Assembly (NCBI GenBank): GCA_029721355.1
Contig: CM056596.1
Span: forward strand, 16,256,058-16,311,054
Length of the DNA: 54,997 bases
Direction of reading: 5' to 3'
Source of the DNA: Tegillarca granosa
Lineage: Eukaryota
Every line of letters starts with the position of its first letter. The stretch's first letter is position 1. This document shows, piece by piece, positions 1-11,860 of the stretch. The position numbers and the translations under genes were made by a program. The notes under the pieces are model-generated. The model ran no database searches and was not told where the DNA came from. It saw only the letters and a program-made list of their open reading frames with translations.

Positions 1-1689
1 TTATTGTTTTTTCTGATTATTATGTATTAGTCTTAAACACTGAAGGAAGCCAGAAGGCCAATTCACTTCAGCATCCATAGTTAATTCAAATTTAGAACTA
101 GAGTTCTGTACCCTTGACTATTAATACATTGTATGTACATGTATTGTTTTCAAATGCTATAGTTATAAAGTTATATATGGTTATTTCGATATTGTTATTC
201 CATTGTACTTTTGTTGTAAGCTTTGCTCATTTAATTGGGGTAAATTTATTCGAAGGTTTGGAAGGTTCATCAGAAAGCAATTTTGATCCCCAGTCAGGTC
301 TGTACAAGACCTCAACAAGTTAGTTATTGGTGAAACACACAGCAAGCGAGGCTGTGCCATGGCAAGGTAAAAGTCAATAGGTAGCTCGTATATATTTTTC
401 AACTTTCTAATAACTGGCTTCAACATGATGTTACTGAAATAATCTTGTTAAAGATACAAAACTCTACACAAAGCTTCAAATAAACTCATCAATAGAACCT
501 GCATATATTGGATTTTTGGCTGAAGTATGATTTGTTTAATATTACGTTAATTTACAATAGTATTGGTATAACCCAAGACAATATTTTAGTTAACAAAACA
601 ACACACAAGGTTTCCAGTTTACTTGGGGTTTGTATTAAACACTATTTTCTTTGTCGTTGATTTGCTTCTTCAAGAAGAACACATTTGAGAAGTTGTTAAA
701 CAATGGTCAAAATAGTGTTCTAATAGCTCACTTTGAGGATTCATGTAGATGTGCCAATAACTACCCCTTTACGGTAATCTTGTCAATTTTATTGAAAGAT
801 AGAAGATTTCAATTAAGTAACAAGGTCTTGACAATTACTAGACCCAGCCAAGAATATGCCGTAATTAAAGCCATTGAAAGCCATTGTAGCTTTCCAGGAT
901 TTATTTTCGATTTTGATCAACATACACTAAAAACTTTAAACATACAGGACAGATATGTACAGGACAAATATATGGGGTGGAATGGGATGTCAGTGTAACA
1001 TTTATAGCAGTCCAGACTACAACTGGTATGCTAAGAAAGTTGATCAAGAACTATTATTTTTATTTTTACAGGAACAACAAGGGATGTTACGGTGACTTCA
1101 ATACTGATAGCTCTAGACTTTTTGATACATGAATTAAAAAATTATTTATATTTGATAAATATATATTGAAATTTCCATCTTTAAAAAGTAACACAGTTTA
1201 ATAAACAAACCAACGACATGTTTTCCAGTGATGTGGTTTATAAGTCTTTTTGTTGTGATCTTGCTGTCCTGCGTCTTTTCTAATTACCTTTCAGTATGCA
1301 CATTTAAAAACTTAACCTTACATGTACAATTTGTATTAGTTTATTAAAAGTGAACTAAAATGAATAAATTTTGGTACTTTCTTATTGCACAAGTGGCAAT
1401 CCTACAGTAATAAAAGGATAGCTTTATTAATGTACTTCTGTTATACCAAACATGAGCCATTATCAAGTTCTGGACTTATAATCTTGTGGAGTACTTTTCA
1501 ACAACATGCTTTTTTTCATTATTTTCTCCAAAAAAAACCAGTATTTATCTGAATTTGAGACGGCCATAACCTTTTAGCAACAAACTAGGATTTGTACAAA
1601 CTGGGGTTTTAGCCTACATGGTGAGATTTGATTTTATGGGGTTTAACATCCAAGTTAAGAATATTTCACTTACATTGAGTTGTCACCAG

Positions 1690-1940
1690 CAATAGGCAAA
1701 GTGGCAGAAATTTAAACTTTTGCAGTGTGCTTGGGGCAATGTACAGGGAGGGTTCTTGAGCTTGCCATGCATTCCGTCACATGGGATATAAATTTTTACA
1801 GTCTCCTCAAAAAGATCCTGTGCTTTTCATTTCTAAACCCCTAATGCTTGGCGAAAGAAACAGTCACTACCAATTTTAATGGCATGGTGATCTGGCTGGG
1901 GTTTGAATCCGACCTCCCACATATGAAGGGTATGTGGCAA
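1690..1940. repeat. Interspersed repeat copy with a tRNA T-arm-like motif; related to 6165-6365
   Basis: It shares the blocks CAATGTRCAGGGAGGG ... GGTTYRAATCCKGACC with 6165-6365 at about 65-70% identity. Confidence 0.35.
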
Positions 1941-2902
1941 TAGTTAATTTGATAAGCAAGTTAGCTTTTTCAGACCACTTGATCACCAAGGTTGAGAAAA
2001 CGGACAAGATCAATTCCAATGGCAATATATCGATACAGCTTGAGCTAATACAGTAGTTTGCAATATTCAGGTAAATCTTCAGTTCCTGTAGTTTTATTTA
2101 CAGACTGTTAATCAATCCACAATTCTAAATCAAATATAATGTACTTATAAACATTTATTTAATGTAACAAGTTTAACAACTTAGGATAACATAATTGTGA
2201 GAGCACTAAAATCTGAAATTAAAATACAAAATAATTAAGAAATCCATAACTACTAACTATTGCTATAGTCTACCTTAATTATCAACTATAAAAAAGTTTT
2301 CTTCACTATTTGCTGTTTTGGCTTATTTGCTTATAAATTGCAAAAAATAAACTAAAAATGTGCAAAAATAAAAGCTTACAAAGTACCTAAAAGTAGGTTT
2401 TTCCTTTGATAGAATACATGTACTACATAATTTTTTATGGCACAAAATATTTGTTTTGACCAATACCAAAATATGTCATAAAGCTAAAGAGAATAAAAGT
2501 ATCGTGCTACAATATGCAGCATTGACATGTACTAGAACATTCATACATCATATATATAAAACCTTTGGTCATAAATGTTTAAAAAACAAAAACTTGCTTC
2601 AGTTAATTGAAATACTTGGATCACTTCCTCTGGAACAACAGCAAATGTAACTAAAATGTATACTTGTGAGCAAGTATATGTCTGCATATCAGCTCTCTAA
2701 AGTGGTGCTCCAAATAGCAGAGGAAATTCCAAGAAAGAAAGAAGGAACTCCTCTGGAGTTCCATGGTTTTAACCAGATTTCTCCGAAGTCCTTCCAAATT
2801 CTGAAAAATAGTGAACAAGCAACCTCCCTATGGTCAATCCTTACCAGTTGACAAAATTTTAACCTGATCGTATAAGAAACAGGAGAAGATGTCTCTGAAA
2901 AG

Positions 2903-4276
2903 AAGAGGCCCATGGGCCTTAACATTCATCTGAGGAAATGTCCAAAAACTTGCAAAGAACTTGATTACAAAAACTTAACAAAATTCCTCATGTTTGGAAA
3001 TCCGACACTTATTAATCAGAAATATCTAGTCACATTTCATTTATGAATAGCTTATATGCATGATTTAAATAGTACAAATAATAATTTCCAAATAATGATT
3101 TTGACCTTTGAACATATCAACTTGAACCTTATATCAAAATGGCCGTAATATCAATACCTACAATATTCTAATATACATGCTTGTACAAAAAGTTAATGGT
3201 TTTCAAGATTATGCACAATTTCAGTCTTCTTATACAGCTATGACCTTGACCTCTGAACATATGAACTTGAACCATATATCAAAATGATCATGATATCAAC
3301 ACTTACAATATACTAATATACATGTATATGCCTATTCAAAAAGTTAACAGTTTTAAAGATAATTCACAATTTCAGTACACTTATGCAGCTATGACCTTGA
3401 CCTTTCAACATATGACCTTGAACCATATATCAAAATGATCGTCATATCAATACCTACAATATTCTAATAGTTTTCAAGATAATTAACAATTTCAGTCTTT
3501 TTCTACAGATATGACCCTGAATTTTCAACATATGACCTTAACCCATATATCAAAATGATTGTCATATAAATACCTATATTTTTCTAATATACATGCCTAT
3601 ACAAAAGATAATAGTTTTCAAGATAATTAACAATTTCAGTAAACGTATGCAGCTATGACCTTGACCTTTGAACATATGACCTTGAACCTTATGGGGAACA
3701 TTTTAACAATGTTTTGAATTCATATATCTCTTAATATTTGCATGAAGATTGAATAAAACTGCATAAATCACAAATTAGTTCATGACCTTGATTTGTGACC
3801 TTGATCCTTATTTAAAGCTCATTTCAAGAAAAAGTCAAAACTGAAAACCTCATGTCATTATCTATTCAAATAGTCAAGTTACAACAATTTGAAGCCATTT
3901 TACGAAATTTTTAAAATTAAATGCAAAGACGCGTAACCCTATTTTCGACCAAATTTCATGAAATGAACAAACTATAGGCTTAAGACCCTAGAGAAGCTCA
4001 ATATCACATCAGATTTTTTCTCCCATCATCAGTTTCAGAGAAAAAGATTTTTATGATTTTTGGACCCCTAAGTCACCTTGACCTAGTTTTGGTAGCCATG
4101 GCAATGCCATAAACAAATCTGAATTGCACCAGCCAATATAAGCTTCTGACCAAGTATCATTGAAATCTATCCAGCAGTTTTGGAGGAGAAGTCTGAAAAT
4201 AGGTGTTAACCATGCGCACACACATGCCTGCCATGCCATAAGCTCACATGACCTTTTTTGTCAGGTGAGCTAAAAA
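2903..4276. mobile_element. Helentron-like non-autonomous element (HINE-like) carrying a ~180-bp tandem array (3090-3700). Family copy A.
   Basis: It starts with AAGAGGCCCATGGGCCTTAAC.CTCA.CTGAGG (a palindrome plus GCTCACCTGA) and ends with CATGACCTTTTTTGTCAGGTGAGCTAAAAA. The same termini occur at 45966-47018 and 16923-18764. Its 3' half (3700-4276) aligns with 46480-47018. Confidence 0.6.
3090..3700. repeat. Tandem array of about 3.5 units (~180 bp) internal to element A
   Basis: The unit ATGACCTTGACCTTTGAACATATGAACTTGAACC...CAAAATG recurs head-to-tail. Confidence 0.75.
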
Positions 4277-4544
4277 TCTGTCAGAAACAAGGAGGAATAA
4301 TAAAAATAATAAAAAATAATAATGATTACGAGTAACAACATGATGTCTGCTGATACGCAGACATAATAATTTATTACTGATAAATTATAACATTTCCATA
4401 ATATCAATTTACCAGTACTTCATTTATGCATTTTTATTTAAATCCAAAATGGGTTGCCCACTTAAGAGATTCTATTCCTACAATGACAGTGCCATTATTA
4501 ATACACACTAAATGTTTGAGACCCTTAAGAGCACCAAATATAAA

Positions 4545-5550
4545 ACACGCTAAACCATATTCATAATTACTAAAACCCCGTTTTTCAAGATTTGTAGCCA
4601 CATTGTATGTAATTTTACAATTTTTTCTAGTGACATTATTTTACTTAGAGATCATCTAATGTACAATGTCAGTCTCTGCTCAAAATCTTATTTTAAAAAG
4701 TCTGCACACTTCATAAAATTTTCAATTTTACCTCAAACTGAAAATTTTCTATGTCCAACAACTCCACCTTTTTATCCTAATAAGGCATCACCTGTTAAAT
4801 TATTCATTAATTGTAGTGAGAGGTCAGTAAAATTTGCATAATCAATGTTATATAGTTTAAACTAGAATCAACATTTCAATTTTTATTACAATCAAAGCAA
4901 AACAGCTTGATTAACGTTTGTAGATAAATATTGCTTTAGTTTCGCTTTTGAATTTTGGAGTGCATTCAGTGTTTTCTTAAATGCATATCATTCCTGTAAC
5001 ATTTTCTTCAGAGGGGTTGTCTTAAATTATGACTTGACAAGGAAAGAAAATAAAAAATTTAGTTGTTAAAAAAATTTCATTACCAAGTTTTAACAACTTA
5101 AATAAAGATATAATTTTTTAACATTAACTAAATTTTTAAGCAAGCAATTGAAATTTTAAAGAAAAGCTATTTCTTATTTTACTCTTTAAAATGTTTTGAA
5201 AATTTCCCTCAGGTAATATCAGTTAACATGGCTTTGAATGGTCACATGTTCACAGTAATTTGGTTATGTCATTTGTGATATCATCTGCATTACCAGTTAT
5301 CAATCAAACCTTATAGGGATAAAAAAGGTGGAGTTGTTGGACATAGAAGATTTTCAGTTTGAAGTATAATTTAAAATTTTATAGGGTGTTCAGACTTTTT
5401 AAAATAACATTTTGAGCAGAGACTTACATTGTACATTAAGTCACCTCCAAATAAAACATTGTCACTAAATAAATTGTAAAATTATGTTCAATGTGGCTAC
5501 AAACCCTGAAAAACAGAGTTTTATTAATAATGAATATGGTTTAATTTTTA
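4545..5550. mobile_element. Foldback/long-inverted-repeat element with ~250-bp arms (4545-4795 and 5300-5550) and a ~500-bp spacer
   Basis: The reverse complement of 5310-5550 matches 4545-4790 at about 85-90% identity. No coding capacity was found. Confidence 0.6.
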
Positions 5551-6164
5551 TACAATTCCTCCTTTTGCAAAGAAGCTCTATTTGCAACAGAAACTTTCAA
5601 AAGACTAAAATATTCAGCGACACCTTTTGCAAAGAAGTTTTTTTTTTTGAAGTAGCAACTTTCAAAATATTAGAAAATTCAGAAATATCGGATTAAATTT
5701 ACAATTTCAATAGAGGCTGTACATGCTTAACATAAACATCTTGAAATCTCCAAGATCTATTGAAACTAGAGGCCATCCAATATTGTGCCCCCATAGTGAT
5801 AATTTTTCAGGATTTATCAAATAAAAACAATTAACAAAATTACAGTATTATCATAAATTATATCAACCATCATGCATCAACTAGGTACTTGGATCAAAAT
5901 TTAAAAAAAAGTTATCTTAAAATTATCAACACTCACATTGCAGTATGCTAATTAATAATAACAAAATGGTGTCACACATCAAATTATACTAAATTACTGA
6001 TTGATGAAACAGTGAAAACACATTGTGTAAATTCTACAAATCCAATCACACTTTTAGAAGATATCACTTCAAAACCATTAAAAAATAAAATTGATGGAAT
6101 GGGATTTTACATTTAGTCAAAAATATTTAACTTTTATCAGGGTATCACCAGCTTTATGTAAAGC

Positions 6165-6365
6165 AACAAAACTATTGACCTTTTATAGTGCCCTCAGGAC
6201 AATGTGCAGGGAGGGACCTTTAGTCTTTCATGCCAATCATGAGACAGGGCATCTAAACTTTTGAGGTCTTTTCAAAAGTACATGTGCGAGTGTTTTGTTA
6301 ATGAACAGTATAGCCCATTTCTTATTGTTAGTCAGGGTTCAAATCCTGACCATCTACATACAGAA
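6165..6365. repeat. Interspersed repeat copy related to 1690-1940
   Basis: See 1690-1940. Confidence 0.35.
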
Positions 6366-7393
6366 CAAACATTGTGCAAACATAATTAATTCAAAATGAG
6401 CTCCAGTATTTGACAAGTATATTGTGGTATACAAAATTATAATGCCCAAATTTTGTAACATCAAATTTATCCAAGGAACATCAACAATTAACACATCAAC
6501 CAAGTGTTGTAAAAATCCTATCACTATTAGAGGAGTTATCAGGAAACAATTATCTAGACTGTAGTACCTGGTATGCTAATAAATTGTTCACAAACTTTGT
6601 CAAACTGAGCTTAACACCAAAAGATGCAAAAAAAAAAAAAAAAAAATCAAACAAAAATTCAAATTTTATATAATCAAATCAATATAACAGAAGTTTTCAT
6701 ACATAAGTCAACAACAGTAGTGATCACATTGTCATCTGCAATTCCTGCAGGTGACATTAAAATTAATGAAAATGGCTTCTTTACCTTTTGGGAATTAGAT
6801 AGTCTGAAAAAAAGTACTGGGTATGCAGAGACTAAAAGACATTAAAAACTTAAATATATACACTACTCATTACCTATTTTAAATGGAATAATCATATCCA
6901 TTTCTAAAATTTATTACAATACAAAAAACAAGAAGTTTATGTTTGACATTTGTATCATACAAAAAAACATTTGAATGGGCAGATGTTATTACTTCCCAAA
7001 AGCGGTGTAGTTGAACACGGTTAGACATTTTTGAGGTATGGACTTTTAATGCTATGTCAGACTGCACAAATATGAAATCTTCAACACAAGAGTCATACAG
7101 CATTAGGAAAAAAAGAGCAGACTAAAAATGTTTACATGTATGTTGGCAAGGAATTTAAAATTTCATACAGAATTCATATTAAGAAGTTGCTTTCACCACG
7201 ATCAACTGTAAAACTTGGTAAATACAGGGAAATCTTCCAAACTTCAAGTCACAACCTTTGATATTTTTATGAAATACACAGCCTTTTAAATTAAAAACAT
7301 TTCACTGTACCAAGGACATATGATCTCTCTTATGACAAGTTTTCCATGTATTTTCTATCCAATGTAACAATCTAACACAAATAACAGATATTT

Positions 7394-8455
7394 CTATCTT
7401 TTATGACATGATTTGGATACACAACCTCTATTCAATATGACAGGAGGATCTTTAAGACACTTAAGCTTATGCCCATTTTTCCAGTGTTCCTTCTGGCAAG
7501 TCTGTGAACAATATCTGGCTAGTCTACATGCTCCACAGTATCGAAAATGATCTAAATCAGTACACTGTTTCCTACAGCTAGGAGATGAACAAAATAAATA
7601 TTCAATATCATTTTCACCCAGTTCTAGATCCTCTTTCAGTTTTACCTTTGCATTCCAGTTTTGGACAGCCAGCTGAGCTTCATTTTCATCTTCAAGTAAA
7701 CTTTTCATCTGTTGGAAATATGAAATGAGCTCTAAAACAAAACCATGCTTTTTACTTTCTTTTCTAACTTTAACAACATAGTCAATTACAGCTTGTTTAG
7801 CATGTGATCGTCTTATAACATTTCTTGTCTTCATGTCTCCTAGTTCTATTAAACCCAACAACATTTTTGAACAGTAACCCACAAGTATAACTGAATACAT
7901 TTCGTGGTTCCCCTGTTGACTTTTGATGCGACTGTAAATTACTCGTAAAATGTTATATTTCATGTACATTTCTACAATTTCATATTTACCAACAATCAAA
8001 AACCGATACAAACCAATAAAACCTTTCCAAAATAATCCAAGATTTTCAGTTTGGTATACAGCAGTGAACATTATGGGCACAACATAATTTTTGTTTATGA
8101 TAAATCTCTTAATTATAGCAACATTTGATAGCATTTCTGTGAAAAGTTGCAACAAAGTCTGCAAACTTATCAAGAAGTGTGATGTGCATGATATTTTCTC
8201 ACACTTGCGCAGAGATTTCAGATAAAGGTCCCCTGCCATTTCTCCAAGGCATTGTAAAACTTTCCAGTAGTTAAGTTCATGTTTTAGTTTCCCACTATTT
8301 TTCATCCGACGAAGTGTTTCATAGATGTCACAGAGGGAATCATAGTCTAAATCCTCCAAGTTTTGCATGATATCTGCCACATAACTCTCTATAGTTTTAC
8401 CACCAGACATAGTCCTCTTTTGTCTAAAATAAATGAAGACAGTATAATGAAACAT
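7394..8455 (-). CDS. Intronless ORF (353 aa; 338 aa from the second Met) with a C-terminal MYND-type zinc finger (C-x2-C-x10-C-x2-C...C-x3-C...H-x3-C)
   Basis: Continuous 1062-nt ORF in AT-rich DNA. The C-terminus CSSPSCRKQCTDLDHFRYCGACRLARYCSQTCQKEHWKNGHKLKC fits the MYND consensus. No domain was recognised in the N-terminal 280 aa. A candidate AATAAA lies about 0.5 kb downstream on the minus strand. Confidence 0.55.
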   Translation of the reverse strand: MFHYTVFIYFRQKRTMSGGKTIESYVADIMQNLEDLDYDSLCDIYETLRRMKNSGKLKHELNYWKVLQCLGEMAGDLYLKSLRKCEKISCTSHFLISLQTLLQLFTEMLSNVAIIKRFIINKNYVVPIMFTAVYQTENLGLFWKGFIGLYRFLIVGKYEIVEMYMKYNILRVIYSRIKSQQGNHEMYSVILVGYCSKMLLGLIELGDMKTRNVIRRSHAKQAVIDYVVKVRKESKKHGFVLELISYFQQMKSLLEDENEAQLAVQNWNAKVKLKEDLELGENDIEYLFCSSPSCRKQCTDLDHFRYCGACRLARYCSQTCQKEHWKNGHKLKCLKDPPVILNRGCVSKSCHKR

Positions 8456-8552
8456 TATAAGCTATATAGATTTTAGGTAGAGTACAGGGTCTATGTAGCC
8501 TATCAGAAGTATATGAACACTGATAGGAAGGCCATAAAAGTGTGTAAGCACA

Positions 8553-8860
8553 GTGTTTTGTGGTGTAAAAGAAAAAATCACCAGAATTTGCAAGACTGAG
8601 ATAAAAGTTATATTTTCAGATGAGACTCGGGTGGTTATAAATCAGGATAAATCGATTCGTATCTGGAGGAAACCCGCTGAGAAGTGGAAGCCATACTGTT
8701 TTAATCAGGGAAAAATGCCAGTAAAGGTGAGTTGCATGTTTCGGGGGTGTATTACTTATGATGGTGTAAAATTATTGTATCATTTCAGGAAACTTTGAGC
8801 TCCGTAAAGTATGTAGATAATCATTTAAGGCCAGTTGTTTCCAAAGTTTTTTACACCCCC
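8553..8860 (+). pseudogene. Tc1/mariner-like transposase fragment (DDE region), truncated by a downstream insertion
   Basis: The ORF peptide IFSDETRVVINQDKSIRIWRKPAEKWKPYCFNQGKMPVKVSCMFRGCITYDGVKLLYHF matches the Tc1 transposase motif FSDE..F.L...DG...VWR..GE......C......GGGSVMVWGC.S..G.G.L. Similarity ends at the insertion boundary (8869). Confidence 0.65.
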
Positions 8861-8870
8861 ATTTATATTT

Positions 8871-11382
8871 AAGGATTGAATGTCATTTTGAATGTTGTCA
8901 TTGAGGTATGACAACATCAGACCACGTTCAAAGTAAGTGAATCGCGAAGCGATTCATGTAACTTTGAACGTGGTCTGATGTTGTCATACCTCAATGACAA
9001 CATTCAAAATGACATTCAATCCTTATGTTTACATTATTTTTATCCACAAAAAGGTATTGTTAATTTTCCGAAAGCCGGTGCATTAATGTGGTTAGAAACA
9101 CTTAAAGCGAGATAACTCTTATTGTAAACCATATAAATAGAATAGCTGTTCTGTTGCTTGGCGATCGTAAAATATAGTTCCGTAAAACACTTTTGAAAAT
9201 CAAATTCTATTTCTCCTTTTTTTAATTAAACAATAATCTGTTTGGTAAGATATTACTATGAATATAATCATTTAGTCGAATAACAAACAGTTGTTCATTA
9301 TTTGAATGTGGTGTTCTCGGACTCACTAATAATGAAAGTGTGAATAGGCTGACCTACTTAAATTAGGTCATGATCAAATTTTCAGAAAGTCGGCCACCTG
9401 CCACTGGCGGTGATCTCTGACAGTGAAAATGCTGCAACGTTTAATAAGTAGAACATCTCCAGATTCCCAATCTCTTTTTAATAGTATGACACATGAAGCT
9501 CTGAAATTTCCACATTTATGCAATATCTGGTACAAAAAATCTCCCATACAAAAACACTTTTTTTCAGGTTTTATGCCAGACATCAGTAGTAGTGCCCACT
9601 GTAGCCAGAAATACACAGCTCACTGTCTTAAAGCAACTGCAATCACTGGAATGAGTGATGCTGGATTTGAGGCACACCATATAAAGTATATGTCTGGGCA
9701 TAGAAATGAAGCTTCCTTATGGAGTTATAACAGAAATCCATCTCAACTCCAATAAAAAGATCTTAGTCACACTTTAACTGCTGTTGCTACTGGAGAATGT
9801 CACAGGGACCTGGCCATTGCTCCAAGAACCCCAACTACATCCACAGTGACCCATTCACAAAACACTGTCAGTTCTGTTAACCACACAAATTCAACTAGTC
9901 CCTCATCAGCTGGCCAGTCTGTTGTTATGTCCAATACATCTTCATCATCAGGGTTGTTGAACAATTCCATATTTTCTGGTTGTACCTTCAACATAGTTAT
10001 GAAAAACTAAGTTTTGTTGGTTATACTTAAATATTGGTAAATGTAACAATTTTTCAGGCTTTCATGATGAAATCAAGGTTATTTACCCCTTAAGATCAAA
10101 TCCTACACAATTTTGTGTTTGTGATCTGGCTTAAACACTTGTGGCCTGACCTGAACCCACCCTGCACAAAAGTGAGACCAAAAATATGAAGACCAATTAC
10201 TAAACCACTTGGCTAACACCGCCCCATGAAAAAGTATATAATCCTGTAACATTAAACATACATAAAGAACCCAGAAGTAAACACTACATACTGGTTCCCA
10301 TACAAGTAATGGTTTCTTAAAACTCTTTCAAACAGTAACATTTTCACAAATTTGTGAAAAAGCGTATTTGTTCAAAATTGTTCAATAAATACTTTTTTTT
10401 TTAATTTATGTGAAATTGGAAGTCGGATACATGAAAACGTTTGAAAATTTGTAATGTAGATCTATATCAGTACATACATTTTTGTGAAATGAAATATATG
10501 AATCTGGAAAATTTTGCATTTGAATTTCAGTTTACTACACTCTACAGTTTGAAGTCAATATTAAAGGGTCTTTTCACCCAATAAGATAAAATTATAAATA
10601 GGCTAGTGTGACAAATGAAATTTTGTTTCTCTGAAACATATTTTGGAAAGACATGTGCTAGGAAAGTATCAGGCATGTGTACCCCCCCCCTCCCCCAGTT
10701 ATCATCTATTTACCCAATTTTTGGTGTTTTGTAAATCAAATGATGAATTGAAATCAGATGTGAAAGACTCGTTAATGCATTTTGACAGCAATAAGTCAAC
10801 GTACTTACCAATCACTGCACTATTCCATGCCAATCCCCACAATCCACACAGCAGGTGGCCGACTTTCTGAAAATTTGATCATGACCTAATTTAAGTAGGT
10901 CAGCCTATTCACACTTTCATTATTAGTGAGTCCGAGAACACCACATTCAAATAATGAACAACTGTTTGTTATTCGACTAAATGATTATATTCATAGTAAT
11001 ATCTTACCAAACAGATTATTGTTTAATTAAAAAAAGGAGAAATAGAATTTGATTTTCAAAAGTGTTTTACGGAACTATATTTTACGATCGCCAAGCAACA
11101 GAACAGCTATTCTATTTATATGGTTTACAATAAGAGTTATCTCGCTTTAAGTGTTTCTAACCACATTAATGCACCGGCTTTCGGAAAATTAACAATACCT
11201 TTTTGTGGATAAAAATAATGTAAACATAAGGATTGAATGTCATTTTGAATGTTGTCATTGAGGTATGACAACATCAGACCACGTTCAAAGTTACATGAAT
11301 CGCTTCGCGATTCACTTACTTTGAACGTGGTCTGATGTTGTCATACCTCAATGACAACATTCAAAATGACATTCAATCCTTA
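8871..11382. mobile_element. ~2.5-kb non-autonomous element with ~545-bp near-perfect terminal inverted repeats whose outer ~140 bp are themselves hairpin palindromes. It is flanked by TA.
   Basis: 8871-9415 is the exact reverse complement of 10850-11382. The outer termini read AAGGATTGAATG...CATTCAATCCTT, and TA (or TTAA) immediately flanks both ends. It is inserted within a Tc1-like transposase fragment. Confidence 0.8.
9423..9755 (+). pseudogene. Remnant tyrosine-recombinase-like C-terminal domain (Crypton/DIRS-type integrase box II) inside the inverted-repeat element
   Basis: The ORF contains HCLKATAITGMSDAGFEAHHIKYMSGHRNEASLWSY. This has the H-x-x-[RK]...G...H...Y spacing of tyrosine recombinase box II. 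Only 110 aa survive, and no catalytic N-terminal part is present. Confidence 0.4.
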
Positions 11383-11524
11383 AATAACATCATTATTCAT
11401 GGAAAACTGGTGCTACATCAAAAGTATCAAGCTATTAAGTCATTCTTGCAAGATTTCATAGCTTGTAATGCTTTTAGGACCAATTGTTGAGTAGGAAAAT
11501 TTCTAAAAATATAAGCATATATTT

Positions 11525-11860
11525 TATGTAGATCAGTTGGTAGAGCATTTAACCTATAGTGCGGGAGGTCCCAGGTTTGATCCCCTTTCAAAACCTGCAT
11601 TTTTCTCCTTCCTGTTAGAGTTTGTTTTCCAGTATGGCCCTCAGAAGTGATGGACTGGTGAATGTGGGCCATATACTGTCCATTCAAGGGAAATAAGGGT
11701 GAGATTTCCCATAGGACCTGATAGAAACCTAAGAATAACAGGGAAAGAATGTAGTGTTCTTGGTAGCTCAGTTGGTAGAGCACTCGTCTATTGTGTGGGA
11801 AGTCCCCAATTCGACCCCGCATTTTCCTCCTTCCCATTGCATTTACAAGTACCAATGATC
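11525..11860 (+). mobile_element. Dimer of tRNA-derived SINE-like units
   Basis: It contains GTAGATCAGTTGGTAGAGCA...AGGTTTGATCCCCTTTCAAAACCTGCATTTTTCTCC and GGTAGCTCAGTTGGTAGAGCACTCG...CAATTCGACCCCGCATTTTCCTCC. The tail (TTCAAAA..GCATTTTC) is shared with 45340-45560. Confidence 0.5.

Noticed and set aside
651-998. 115-aa plus-strand ORF and other 60-120-aa ORFs in 1-7000
   Set aside because: They are AT-rich chance ORFs with low-complexity peptides, no splice or homology support, and no recognisable domains.
11427-11855. 142-aa minus-strand ORF
   Set aside because: It spans two tRNA-derived SINE heads; the peptide is a translation of tRNA-like sequence.
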